64,000 bases of DNA from an uncultured Lachnospiraceae bacterium (GTDB lineage Bacteria > Bacillota > Clostridia > Oscillospirales > CAG-272): contig CAZZFP010000001.1 in assembly GCA_964653575.1 (NCBI GenBank), positions 36,600-100,599 on the forward strand. The letters run 5' to 3'. The translations under genes and the position numbers were made by a program. This document shows, piece by piece, positions 44,733-54,340 of this stretch (within the stretch, counting starts at the first letter, position 1; the number at the start of each line of letters is the position of its first letter). The notes below the pieces were generated by a model, which worked only from the letters and a program-made list of their open reading frames with translations, searched no databases and had not been told where the DNA came from.

Positions 44733-45814
44733 AAAAACTTTCCGTATCTTCCGAACTTTTCAAAAACTTTTTCAGATATTTCTCCTATCGCTTTCGCGAT
44801 ACTTGGATTAGAATACCCGTGATAACCGTTATAGCCATACTTTTCGTCCCGTCGATAATAAACACCGGAATAGAGAGTTATGTGGATCTTTACCTTGTTG
44901 ACGGCAAATATGCCGTGGAGGGCTTTTCAAGCGCTTGCCCGAGCAACTTGTTTATCCTTCTCGTGCTCGTTTCGGTGCTCGGATTTATTATGCCTATCAT
45001 GGAGCTCTCGCCGCTCAACAACAGAAAAAACCTCGATACTCTCTACTCTCTCCCCGTCAGCAAAGTCTCGATCGCGCTGGCGCATTACTTAAACGGACTC
45101 ATACACATCGTTATCCCCTACACCGCAAGCTTTTTGTCCGCCTTGGCTATATGGGGCAAATACGCATCGCTGTTCAGAATGAAGTATTTTATCGGCTTCT
45201 ATTTTGCGGCGCTTGCCGTCGGTGTCCTGACGTATACTTTTTTCTCGTTTACATTTTCAGTGGCAAATACGACCGTAGACGGCACGGTAATAAGTCTGCT
45301 TTGGATATTTGCTATGTGCGTCCCGTTCCTTTGGCTGGCAAGGGAGTATAACGCGGAATATATTTATACGCTCGCGGCAAACCTTATTGCATTTTCTCCC
45401 GCGTTTTTCGTCGGATATTATTTTGACGATGCCACGAGCAGATTCCCGTCACCGTCATTTAACGATTATGAGCTGTTGGGCGAACTCCGTGTGAGACTCG
45501 TCAGATCGATGATAATTTGGTCCGTCATCGCGATCTTGTGTCTTATAGGCTTTTACCTCCGGTACAGATCGAGGCGCACCGAAACGGCAGGTGAGGTGTC
45601 CACGTCCCCGTTCGGATATTCGACGCTTATCCCTCTGTACGGCGTTGGGATCCAGTTGTGGATCGGCATACATTCGGCTATAATTAACGCATTTATGATC
45701 GCCCTTATGATAATAGGATATGTGGTCTTCCGCCGCGGCTTTAAATTCAAAAAGTCGGATCTCATAGTCCTCGGAGTCTGCTCTGCCTTCCTCATATTCG
45801 GCGGGATCTTTTAA
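44729..45814 (+). CDS. polytopic membrane protein (probable permease partner)
   Basis: It has multiple hydrophobic helices. It is translationally coupled to the ATPase by an ATGA overlap. Confidence 0.6.
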   Translation: MKKLSVSSELFKNFFRYFSYRFRDTWIRIPVITVIAILFVPSIINTGIESYVDLYLVDGKYAVEGFSSACPSNLFILLVLVSVLGFIMPIMELSPLNNRKNLDTLYSLPVSKVSIALAHYLNGLIHIVIPYTASFLSALAIWGKYASLFRMKYFIGFYFAALAVGVLTYTFFSFTFSVANTTVDGTVISLLWIFAMCVPFLWLAREYNAEYIYTLAANLIAFSPAFFVGYYFDDATSRFPSPSFNDYELLGELRVRLVRSMIIWSVIAILCLIGFYLRYRSRRTETAGEVSTSPFGYSTLIPLYGVGIQLWIGIHSAIINAFMIALMIIGYVVFRRGFKFKKSDLIVLGVCSAFLIFGGIF

Positions 45815-45834
45815 AAAACAATATAAAAACAAAC

Positions 45835-45878
45835 ACCGAGCCAATTGCTTTTTTAAGCGCTTGACTCGGTATTTTTTT
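45835..45878 (+). terminator. rho-independent terminator
   Basis: ACCGAGCCAA (45835-45844) / TTGACTCGGT (45861-45870) with one mismatch, followed by T7. Confidence 0.6.
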
Positions 45879-45902
45879 GCGGAACTAAAACTTCGCTGTT
45901 TT

Positions 45903-46085
45903 TTATTTGCTTATGTCACCGTCGGTACAGTGAATGGTGTATGAGCCGGTGTAGTCGTTCCAATTATAACCCTTGGTTATTGTTTCCCACTGTTCTTTAG
46001 TTCCCTTGAACGTGATGCTCGTAAGGCTTGTGCATTTGCCGAACGCATAATTACCTATGTATAAAAGAAACAAAAGCGCAGCTGT
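45903..46085 (-). pseudogene. 3' remnant of a BspA-type LRR protein gene
   Basis: Minus-strand frame with no start codon: ...LLYIGNYAFGKCTSLTSITFKGTKEQWETITKGYNWNDYTGSYTIHCTDGDISK*. This is the last LRR_5 unit and the typical C-terminal tail. The frame opens immediately after the EF-G terminator. Confidence 0.55.
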
Positions 46086-46095
46086 TTATGAAAAT

Positions 46096-46125
46096 CGCCG
46101 CCGCGTTCCGAAAAACGCGGCGGCG
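46096..46125 (-). terminator. rho-independent terminator of the EF-G-like gene
   Basis: Perfect 12-bp arms CGCCGCCGCGTT / AACGCGGCGGCG, followed by ATTTTCAT on the minus strand. Confidence 0.65.
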
Positions 46126-46149
46126 GGATATTATGTTTGATTTAATACA

Positions 46150-48207
46150 TTATTCCTGGGATTTTTTATACTCTTCGACGATCTTTGCCGAGATGTTACC
46201 GGGAACTACGTCGTAACCCGTTACCTTGTAGTCGAAGAACGCGCGTCCCTGCGACATAGCACGGAGAGCTATCGGGTAGTCGGCAAGCTCGGACTTCGGA
46301 GCCGTTGCGTGAACGACGGTATAGCCCTTCTTTGTCTCACTGGGATCCATACCCATAACAGCACCGCGTCTCTTGTTGAGATCGCCCATTACGTCACCGA
46401 CAAGATCCGAGGGGACTGTAACGTCAAGGTCGCCCACAGGCTCAAGAAGAACGGGAGCCGCAAGCTCAAGGCACTTCTTGTATGCGATGCTTGCCGCGGT
46501 TCTGAAGGAAACCTCGTCGGAGTCAACTGCGTGGTATGAGCCGTCATAAAGGTCGGCTTTGAGCTGAACGAGCGGGAAGCCCGCAACGCCCTTCTGCATA
46601 GCGTCAAGAAGTCCTTTTTCTACTGCGGGGTTAAAGTTCTTCGGAACCGTACCGCCGACAACGGATACGATGAAGGTAAGTCCTTCCTCCTCGCCGGGAG
46701 CAAATCTGATCTTAACGTGACCGTACTGACCCGAGCCGCCGTTCTGCTTCTTATGTTTACCCTCAACGTCAACGCTCTTTGTAATTCTTTCACGATAAGG
46801 GATCTTGACCTTGTCGTACTTTACGTTTACGCCAAAGCGAGCCTTGAGTTTAGCGGCGAGAACTGCGAGGTGCATATCTCCGAGACCGTAAACGACCATC
46901 TGCTTTGTTTCGGAATCATTGTCGTATTTGATCGTAAGATCCTCTTCAAGCATCTTTGCGATAGCCTGCGAGATCTTGCTCTCGTCCACTGCCGAAACAG
47001 GTACCATAGCCTGAGCCATATAAGGCGTAGGATAGGTAATATGTGCGTACGATACCGTGCTCGACTCGGCAAGTGTATCGTTTGTATTTGTATTTGTAAG
47101 CTTTGCTATCATACCGATATCGCCGCAGGCAAGCTCTTCGACTTCGTTCTGCTTCTTGCCCTTAACGGTATAGATATGAGCCATCTTCTCGGCTGTACCT
47201 GTGGTAAGGTTCTTGAGCGTCATATCGCGCTTTACCGTACCGTTCATTACCTTGAAGAAGGACATTTTTCCGACAAACGGGTCGGCGACGGTCTTGAATA
47301 CGAATATAGCGGGAGAGCCCTCGATCTCGATAGCGACGTCTTTTCCGTAAACATCCTTCTCGACCTTCTTAGCCGTGTGTCTCGGGAAGGACTCTGCGAT
47401 AGCGTCAAGCACTGCGATAACGCCCCACATATTGACAGCGGATCCGCAGTATACGGGAGTGATGGTTCCCTCAAAGATACCCTGGTGAAGTGCCTCGGCA
47501 GCCTCTTCCTTTGTGATCTCCTCGCCGTCGAAGTATTTCATCATAAGCTCGTCGCTCGTTCCCGCAACAGCCTCGTTAAATGCTTCCTTGTAATCGGCCG
47601 CGACCGCCTCAAGCTCGGGAGTCATGGGTGTTTCGGATCTCTTGCCCTTGGAATCATAGATGAACGCCTTCATCTCGATGAGGTCTATCATCGTTACGTT
47701 CTTGCCGTCCTTGATCGGTACGAATACGGGGCACACGGATGTTCCGAAGGTGCTGTGAAGCTGATTGAATACGGTATCAAAATGAGCGTCAACGTCGTCG
47801 CACTTGTTTATGAAGAACGCCTTGGGGAGACCAGCCGATGTAGCGTTATCCCATGCAAGCTCCGTACCTACCTCAACGCCCGCCTTGGCGTCAACGCAGA
47901 TAAGCGCGCTGTCCGCAACACGGAGGGATTGATTTACCTCGCCCACAAAATCAAGATAACCGGGAGTATCGAATATATTTACTTTAATATTTTTCCACAT
48001 AACGGGAGCAAAAGAAGCGGATATTGAGAAGCCTCTCTTGATCTCTTCGGGATCGTAGTCACAGGTAGTATTTCCGTCGGGAGTCTTACCCATACGGTCT
48101 ATGCTTCCGGTCAAATAGAGCATAGCCTCCGCTAAAGATGTTTTTCCGCACCCACCGTGTCCGAGAAGGGCTACGTTTCTGATCGATTTGGTGTCAACTG
48201 TTGCCAT
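46150..48207 (-). CDS. elongation factor G family GTPase (EF-G2-like paralog)
   Basis: G1 is GHGGCGKTS, G3 is DTPGYLDF, G4 is NKCD. The five-domain EF-G length is present (685 aa). The sequence differs from the canonical fusA AHIDAGKTT type. Confidence 0.85.
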   Translation of the reverse strand: MATVDTKSIRNVALLGHGGCGKTSLAEAMLYLTGSIDRMGKTPDGNTTCDYDPEEIKRGFSISASFAPVMWKNIKVNIFDTPGYLDFVGEVNQSLRVADSALICVDAKAGVEVGTELAWDNATSAGLPKAFFINKCDDVDAHFDTVFNQLHSTFGTSVCPVFVPIKDGKNVTMIDLIEMKAFIYDSKGKRSETPMTPELEAVAADYKEAFNEAVAGTSDELMMKYFDGEEITKEEAAEALHQGIFEGTITPVYCGSAVNMWGVIAVLDAIAESFPRHTAKKVEKDVYGKDVAIEIEGSPAIFVFKTVADPFVGKMSFFKVMNGTVKRDMTLKNLTTGTAEKMAHIYTVKGKKQNEVEELACGDIGMIAKLTNTNTNDTLAESSTVSYAHITYPTPYMAQAMVPVSAVDESKISQAIAKMLEEDLTIKYDNDSETKQMVVYGLGDMHLAVLAAKLKARFGVNVKYDKVKIPYRERITKSVDVEGKHKKQNGGSGQYGHVKIRFAPGEEEGLTFIVSVVGGTVPKNFNPAVEKGLLDAMQKGVAGFPLVQLKADLYDGSYHAVDSDEVSFRTAASIAYKKCLELAAPVLLEPVGDLDVTVPSDLVGDVMGDLNKRRGAVMGMDPSETKKGYTVVHATAPKSELADYPIALRAMSQGRAFFDYKVTGYDVVPGNISAKIVEEYKKSQE

Positions 48208-48473
48208 TGGTTTTCCTCCATCCTACGCCCGCAGATCTTGATCACGGGCATACATTTATTTAAAAATAAGATTCAACAAATATATGTACGGTCGCACATC
48301 CGAAAATTCATCCCGATGCACAATCACATCTGTTATTATACTATAAAATTCAGCATAATGCAATACCTATATCTAAAAAAAATCGATTTTCATATACAGA
48401 TTGTCAGTAATGCACATTTTTAAAAAATGTTTTTTGGCGAAAATTCACAACAATATTGTGCTATTGAAAAGGA

Positions 48474-49295
48474 TCAGACTTCCGACGTTATGCCGAAAAG
48501 CTCGCAAGCGTTGCGATAAGTCGTTTTTATCAGCTCGCAAGCATCCACACCCTTGATCTCGGCGAGCATTTTTGCCGTTTCCACAGCGAGCCCGGAGTGG
48601 TTCAGTTTTCCTCTGTACGGAGTCGGTGCAAGGTACGGGCAGTCCGTTTCAAGCAACATCCGTTCGAGAGGGACTGCGGAGGCTGATTCGACCGTTTTTC
48701 TTGCGTTTTTGAAGGTGACCGTTCCGCCGAAGGAAATATAAAATCCCTTTTTGACCAGCTCTTTTGCCATCTCGGCACTTCCGCTGTAACAATGATAGAC
48801 GCCTCGGAGTGCGGGATAATGACGCGAGGTCATTTCAAAGCAGTCTCCGTGCGCTTCCCTGTCGTGAATGATGACGGGCAGGTCGTGTTTTATCGCAAGC
48901 TCAAGCTGTGCCTCAAAAAAGGCTTTTTGATCGGGCTTCTTTACGGGTTCCCAATAATAATCAAGTCCGATCTCACCGACGGCGCGTATCTTGTTCGCAT
49001 CCTTTTGAAGCAGCATACTTTCGAGCAGCTGCATTTGCTCATCGAGCGGCAAAGGCAGATCATCGATGTCCGACGGATGTATGCCGACCGCGGCGTACAT
49101 ATTCGGATATTTTTTAGCCATTTTTATCACCTCGACAGAATTTGCCGTACAGGTCGATACGTTTAATATGCCCCCAACTCTCCCACTCGAAAAAAGCTCC
49201 GAAAGCAATGCGTCGGCACCGCCCTCGTATTCGGAGTCAAATCTTTCGTCCGTATAATGCGCATGCGAGTCAAAAAGCGGCGGAAGCTTTGACAT
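48474..49295 (-). CDS. tatD: TatD-family metal-dependent hydrolase
   Basis: FDSHAHY, GEIGLDY, IHDREAH and LLETDCPYL motifs. Confidence 0.88.
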   Translation of the reverse strand: MSKLPPLFDSHAHYTDERFDSEYEGGADALLSELFSSGRVGGILNVSTCTANSVEVIKMAKKYPNMYAAVGIHPSDIDDLPLPLDEQMQLLESMLLQKDANKIRAVGEIGLDYYWEPVKKPDQKAFFEAQLELAIKHDLPVIIHDREAHGDCFEMTSRHYPALRGVYHCYSGSAEMAKELVKKGFYISFGGTVTFKNARKTVESASAVPLERMLLETDCPYLAPTPYRGKLNHSGLAVETAKMLAEIKGVDACELIKTTYRNACELFGITSEV

Positions 49296-49334
49296 AGTGT
49301 TTCCCATTTTTATATTATCCTCTCTCGAAAGCCC

Positions 49335-49928
49335 TCAGCCCCCGTAAATGTTTTTAAATTCCGTTGTTTCTTTCAATTTTTCATAATCGGAATAATATAT
49401 ACCGTATACAGCCGTGTCGCAAAGCCCCGAATTATTGACGGATGAAGCTCTGCGAGTTCGCTCGAGCTCCATTCCGCATTTTTGCATTACCTTGCCGGAG
49501 GCAACGTTTTTGACGTCGTGCTCACATTCGATATACAGAAGTCCGACATTCTCAAAAAGGAACCTTATTACCCGTGAAAGTGCTTCCGTCATATACCCGT
49601 TTCCCCAAAATCGGCTTCCTATGTAATATCCGACGCGTGCCTTTTCGCTTTTGGAGTCAAGCTTTGTGACAAGTATGCTTCCTATCGCCTCGCCTAACGT
49701 TCTGAGCTCGATACACCAAATATACGACTCGGGATATACGCTGTCGGCAATCGCCCGTTCGATCGTATTTTTAGTTATATACGTATTCTTATGCGCACCC
49801 CAATTTAAAAATTTCACGGCATCCGGGTCGCTCGCCATATTACGGTAGAACGGCTCGATATCGCTTATTTTGAATTTTCTCAATATAAGATGCTCTGTTT
49901 CGAGCGTCACGGTTCCGAGATGCTTCAT
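49335..49928 (-). CDS. GNAT-family N-acetyltransferase (RimJ/RimL-like)
   Basis: LRKF...D, W.I........IG.I and GNGYMTEAL.....F motifs. Confidence 0.75.
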   Translation of the reverse strand: MKHLGTVTLETEHLILRKFKISDIEPFYRNMASDPDAVKFLNWGAHKNTYITKNTIERAIADSVYPESYIWCIELRTLGEAIGSILVTKLDSKSEKARVGYYIGSRFWGNGYMTEALSRVIRFLFENVGLLYIECEHDVKNVASGKVMQKCGMELERTRRASSVNNSGLCDTAVYGIYYSDYEKLKETTEFKNIYGG

Positions 49929-50047
49929 CGTTCTGAATGTTCCTTTCCTCTGAATTATGTCAGCTTATTTCAAATTCTTTTACTTATTTTTAAGAGCCGA
50001 GACCGCAAGATCCCGACTCTTACTTGTAAATATTATAGTGCGTCTTT

Positions 50048-52084
50048 TTATCTTACTCTTTCGCCGAGAGGCGTTTCGGGATCAAGGAATACTACTCTTA
50101 CCTTGTCCTCACCGGATGCCAATATCATACCGTTGGACTCAATGCCGCAAAGCGTTGCGGGCTTCAAGTTTGCCACCACTATGATCTTTTTGCCTACAAG
50201 ATATTCGGGAGCATAAAATTTTGCAATTCCCGAAACGACCTGTCTTTGCTCATATCCGAGGTCTATCTGAAGTTTGAGCAGTTTCTTAGCTTTCGGAACC
50301 TTTTCGCAAGCCGTTATCTCGGCGGTCCTCAGCTCGACGTTCATAAAGTCCTCGATGCCTATGAGGGCACATCCCTCGGGCTTTTCGGGAGCCTGCGTCG
50401 CCTTTGCCTTTTCTTCGGCTTCTTTGATAAGCTTCTGTCGCTCGGCTTCAAACTCTGCAAGCTTTTTTGCCTCGTCAACGCGTGCAAAGAGCACCTTGGA
50501 GTCTCCGACCTCGGAGCCCGGGGTAAGTCTTACCGTTTCATCGTCAGCCAAGAATTTTTCAAAAGAAAGATATCTTTTTCCCTCCGATTTTTCCGCGGAG
50601 TCAAGTGCTTCGATCGCATTCACGGCATTGAGCTCGCGGAACACTTCTTCCGACGTCGAGGGGATAAACGGCATAAGCATAACAGCGGCACGTCTTATCA
50701 CTTCGAGAAGATTATAAAGTACCGTTCCGAGACGCTCCTTTTTGCTCTCGTCCTTAGCGAGCACCCACGGAGCCGTTTCGTCAATATATTTATTTGCGCG
50801 GCTAAGCATATCGAAAACGCTTTCAAGCGCATCCGAAACGTGATAGCTGTCCATATTCTTCACAAGCTCACGATATGCCTTGTCGCAAGCACCGAAAAGC
50901 TCTGCGTCAAGCTCCTCGATAGCGGTAGGCGCCTGTACTATCTTATCAAAATATTTTTTCTGCATATCGAGAGTGCGCTTTACGAGATTGCCGAAATTGT
51001 TTACAAGATCGGTGTTATAACGCTTTATAACATTCTCGTACGTGATGCTTCCGTCCGAAGCGTAGGGCATTTCGGAAAGTGCATAATAACGCACGCCGTC
51101 GATGCCGAAATGCTCGGCAAGCTTGTCGGCATATATAACGTTGCCCTTAGACTTTGACATCTTATCCTCTCCGAAATTAAACCACGGATGAGCAAAGACC
51201 TTTTTGGGCAGCTCGATGCCGAGTGCCATAAGGAATATAGGCCAATATATCGTATGGAATCTTATGATATCCTTACCGATTATATGGACATCGGCAGGCC
51301 AATTCTTTTTAAATCTCTCGGGCTGTTCTTCAAGATCGGGGTCGTAGCCGAGTGCGGTAATATAGTTGGTAAGCGCGTCAAGCCAAACGTAGATCACGTG
51401 TTTTTCGTCTACTCCCGTGGGAATACCCCATTTAAATGAGGTTCTTGATACGCAAAGATCCTGAAGTCCGGGCTTCAAAAAGTTATTTATTATCTCTCTT
51501 TTGCGAGACTCGGGTTCGATAAATTCGGGATGCTCGTCAATATACTTCATAAGTTTGTCGGCATATGCGCTCATTTTAAAGAAATAAGCCTCTTCCTTTG
51601 CCTCGTGAACGGGTCTGCCGCAATCGGGACATTTGCCGTCAACTACTTGAGTATCCGTAAAGAATGATTCGCATGGAGTACAATACCAGCCTTCATAGTG
51701 TCCTTTGTATATATCCCCTTGCTCATAGAATTTCTTGAATATCTTCTGCACGGTCGCTTCGTGATTTTCGTCCGTTGTTCTTACGAAATAATCGTAGCTT
51801 GCGCCCATAAGATCCCACATTTTTTTGATCTCTCCCGCAACGCCGTCAACGTACTGCTTGGGTGTAATACCTTTTTGATTTGCAAGGTTCTCGATCTTTT
51901 GTCCGTGCTCATCGGTTCCCGTGCAGAAATATACGTCATAGCCCATAGCTCTCTTGTAACGCGCAAAAGCGTCCGAGAAGATAACCTCATAGGTGTTGCC
52001 GAAATGCGGCTTACTAGATGCGTAAGCAATAGCGGTAGTCATATAAAATTTGGGTTTATTGTTATTTTCCATTTTAAAGTCCAT
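50048..52084 (-). CDS. metG: methionine--tRNA ligase with C-terminal tRNA-binding domain
   Basis: The HIGH-class motif is KPHFGN and the KMSKS motif is present. A zinc knuckle reads CTPCE...CPDCG. The C-terminal EMAP/Trbp111-like domain reads (KLLKLQIDLG...RQVVSGIA). The start may instead be Met at 52072. Confidence 0.92.
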   Translation of the reverse strand: MDFKMENNNKPKFYMTTAIAYASSKPHFGNTYEVIFSDAFARYKRAMGYDVYFCTGTDEHGQKIENLANQKGITPKQYVDGVAGEIKKMWDLMGASYDYFVRTTDENHEATVQKIFKKFYEQGDIYKGHYEGWYCTPCESFFTDTQVVDGKCPDCGRPVHEAKEEAYFFKMSAYADKLMKYIDEHPEFIEPESRKREIINNFLKPGLQDLCVSRTSFKWGIPTGVDEKHVIYVWLDALTNYITALGYDPDLEEQPERFKKNWPADVHIIGKDIIRFHTIYWPIFLMALGIELPKKVFAHPWFNFGEDKMSKSKGNVIYADKLAEHFGIDGVRYYALSEMPYASDGSITYENVIKRYNTDLVNNFGNLVKRTLDMQKKYFDKIVQAPTAIEELDAELFGACDKAYRELVKNMDSYHVSDALESVFDMLSRANKYIDETAPWVLAKDESKKERLGTVLYNLLEVIRRAAVMLMPFIPSTSEEVFRELNAVNAIEALDSAEKSEGKRYLSFEKFLADDETVRLTPGSEVGDSKVLFARVDEAKKLAEFEAERQKLIKEAEEKAKATQAPEKPEGCALIGIEDFMNVELRTAEITACEKVPKAKKLLKLQIDLGYEQRQVVSGIAKFYAPEYLVGKKIIVVANLKPATLCGIESNGMILASGEDKVRVVFLDPETPLGERVR

Positions 52085-52129
52085 TCCTTTTCATTTTGAT
52101 ATATGTTAGATTTTATTTATAACTTACAA

Positions 52130-53110
52130 TTAATGTTCAACGTCCGACGCTTGGCTTTGGTAATCACCGTGATCTGCGATCAGAATATCCGCGCTTACAG
52201 CGTAAGCTACGCAAATTCCCGGCATAAAGAATATGGGAATAAGCACTCCCACGCTGAGAACCGAGATCAGCGCGCAGGCAAGCCACCTGAGAAAAAGTCT
52301 GCCGAGATCCTTTTCCCTTCCCTTTGAGATCAATGCCGAAGCGATAAAGATATCGGATATTTTGTCATCCGGGCATCGGCGAATAAGTTCAAACACGCAG
52401 AAAACCTTAATAAGCAGATATATCGAAAATACGATCAAGGTTAAGATCAACGGGAAGGATGACACAATTACGCTTATATTGCCGAACTCGCCGTAATACC
52501 CCGATACAAGCACGGAAAGCATACCCGTACCGTAAAGAAGCATCACAAAACACATAACTACGGCACTCAGCAAAACCGATAATATCAATGCCGCCTTGAA
52601 ATATTTTCCACGTCTCGCATCCGTGAAGGAAAAGAAAATGTCATAAACGTGCACCGACTGCCCGTTCTTCATTTTTCGTGCGGTGTCAAGCATACCGAAC
52701 CAAAGCATCACACCGACCACGACGACCGCAAACATAAGGATTGAGAGCAACACGGCACTCACGGTTCTTGATACGTTATCCCCGACTGCGAAAAACCAAT
52801 CGGAAGCAAAATACAAAAGATATAGTGCGTATGCCGTTCCCGCGGTAAAAAGTATAAATATAACAGATTGAAAGACAAGACACATTCGGTCAGATGATCT
52901 TTTGATCAGACCGGAAGAAAGCTCCGCTGTTTGACGACAAAGAGTCTTCTTTCCCTCAAAATATTCGCCTTTGATCCTTTGCACAAGCGACGGCTCGTGC
53001 GCGTCCGGTTCCGACAGCACCGGAGGTTTATAGAGTGAACTCTGTTCCTCTTTTGACACATTTGACACGTCAGAACCGAGTTCGTTTTCATTAATGCCGT
53101 TTTCGTTCAT
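52130..53110 (-). CDS. hypothetical polytopic membrane protein
   Basis: A soluble acidic N-terminus is followed by about six hydrophobic helices. AAGGAAGG RBS lies before the ATG at 53110. Confidence 0.55.
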   Translation of the reverse strand: MNENGINENELGSDVSNVSKEEQSSLYKPPVLSEPDAHEPSLVQRIKGEYFEGKKTLCRQTAELSSGLIKRSSDRMCLVFQSVIFILFTAGTAYALYLLYFASDWFFAVGDNVSRTVSAVLLSILMFAVVVVGVMLWFGMLDTARKMKNGQSVHVYDIFFSFTDARRGKYFKAALILSVLLSAVVMCFVMLLYGTGMLSVLVSGYYGEFGNISVIVSSFPLILTLIVFSIYLLIKVFCVFELIRRCPDDKISDIFIASALISKGREKDLGRLFLRWLACALISVLSVGVLIPIFFMPGICVAYAVSADILIADHGDYQSQASDVEH

Positions 53111-53151
53111 AGTACCTTCCTTATGATATTTCCGAGCCGAATACTCTCGCG

Positions 53152-54294
53152 TCACAGCTCGACGAATTTTCCTTTATGTATTATGGCGTCAATGCAATAA
53201 TCTTCGCCGAGCACGACGGCATCGGCATTCTTGCCGACCTCCAGCGAGCCTATATCTCCGTACATACCGATAGCCTTTGAAGGCATCGCCGTAGCGCAAA
53301 GCACGGCTTTTTCAAACGGTATCTCGCAGAAGCGAGATAGATTTTTTACGGCATCAAGCAACGACAGTGTGCTTCCCGCAAGTGCGCCTTCCGACGTGAG
53401 AGCCCGCCCGTTTTTGACTATTACGGGCATACCTGCTATCGTGTAGTTCCCGTCGGGACATCCCGTAGCCTCCATTGAGTCGGTGACAAGCACAAGGCGG
53501 TCGATACCCGTACATCTGTATATAAGCCTTATAACCTCGGGATTTACGTGAACGCCGTCACATATGAGCTCGCAAAATTTGTCTCCCGTAAGTGCGGCGC
53601 AGACCGCTCCGCCGTCCCTATGATGCAGAGGCGGCATAGCATTCATAAGATGCGAATAAACACCGACTCCGTTTCTTTCCGCCGTACGCGCCTCATCATA
53701 GGTAGCGCAGGTATGCGCAAGCGCAAGCGTTGCCCCCATAGACAAGGCTTTTTGGGCAAAGCTTCCGTCCGAATCAAGCTCAAATGCCGCGCTGATATGA
53801 GGATGTCCGTACATATGCGAAATGATCTCTTCTATCTCTTCGGCGTTCGGCGGTGCCAAAAGTGAAATATTATGTGCGCCTCTCTTCTGAGGATTAAGAT
53901 AACGTCCCTCAAGATGCGTCCCGACAAACGACGCACCGCATCCTTTTGAAGCCGCGGCTCCGATCCTGTCGCAAGCCGTCAAAAGAGCACTGTACTCGGC
54001 GGATGCAAGCGTGGGCATAAGAGAAGTCACACCCGATCTCAAGTACGAATCCGCCATTATACACATTCCGTCAATATCCGCATAATTGAAATCATACCCG
54101 GCTCTGCCGTGTGTATGGATATCAACAAGTCCGGGGATCAGCAATCTACCGTTCATATCAAAGGTACCATCTGCCGAGGCACGAGAGGTTCCGACCGAGA
54201 TGATCCGTCCGCTCTCGGTGTCGCAACAAAGGCTGCCGAAAACGGTATCTCCCGTAGAAGTCAGTATGTTGGCGTTTTTCAATTCCAATATCAC
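53152..54294 (-). CDS. nagA: N-acetylglucosamine-6-phosphate deacetylase
   Basis: IPGLVDIHTHG metal motif, HLEGRYLN, HLMNAM. 380 aa. Confidence 0.88.
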   Translation of the reverse strand: MILELKNANILTSTGDTVFGSLCCDTESGRIISVGTSRASADGTFDMNGRLLIPGLVDIHTHGRAGYDFNYADIDGMCIMADSYLRSGVTSLMPTLASAEYSALLTACDRIGAAASKGCGASFVGTHLEGRYLNPQKRGAHNISLLAPPNAEEIEEIISHMYGHPHISAAFELDSDGSFAQKALSMGATLALAHTCATYDEARTAERNGVGVYSHLMNAMPPLHHRDGGAVCAALTGDKFCELICDGVHVNPEVIRLIYRCTGIDRLVLVTDSMEATGCPDGNYTIAGMPVIVKNGRALTSEGALAGSTLSLLDAVKNLSRFCEIPFEKAVLCATAMPSKAIGMYGDIGSLEVGKNADAVVLGEDYCIDAIIHKGKFVEL

Positions 54295-54340
54295 GTTAAT
54301 ACCCCCTTATATTTGACCTTTATCTTGCCGATAATGCTCA

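Noticed and set aside
46717-48027. 436-aa ORF antisense to the EF-G-like gene. Similar long antisense ORFs occur at 38900-39877, 37461-38255, 50246-51157, 57142-57933, 20480-21313, 30367-31414 and 54560-55228.
   Set aside because: In each case the opposite strand carries a protein with unmistakable family motifs (GTPase, CNNM, PepF, MetRS, TIM-barrel isomerase, response regulator, PilB, acyltransferase). The antisense translations have no recognisable motifs or RBS.
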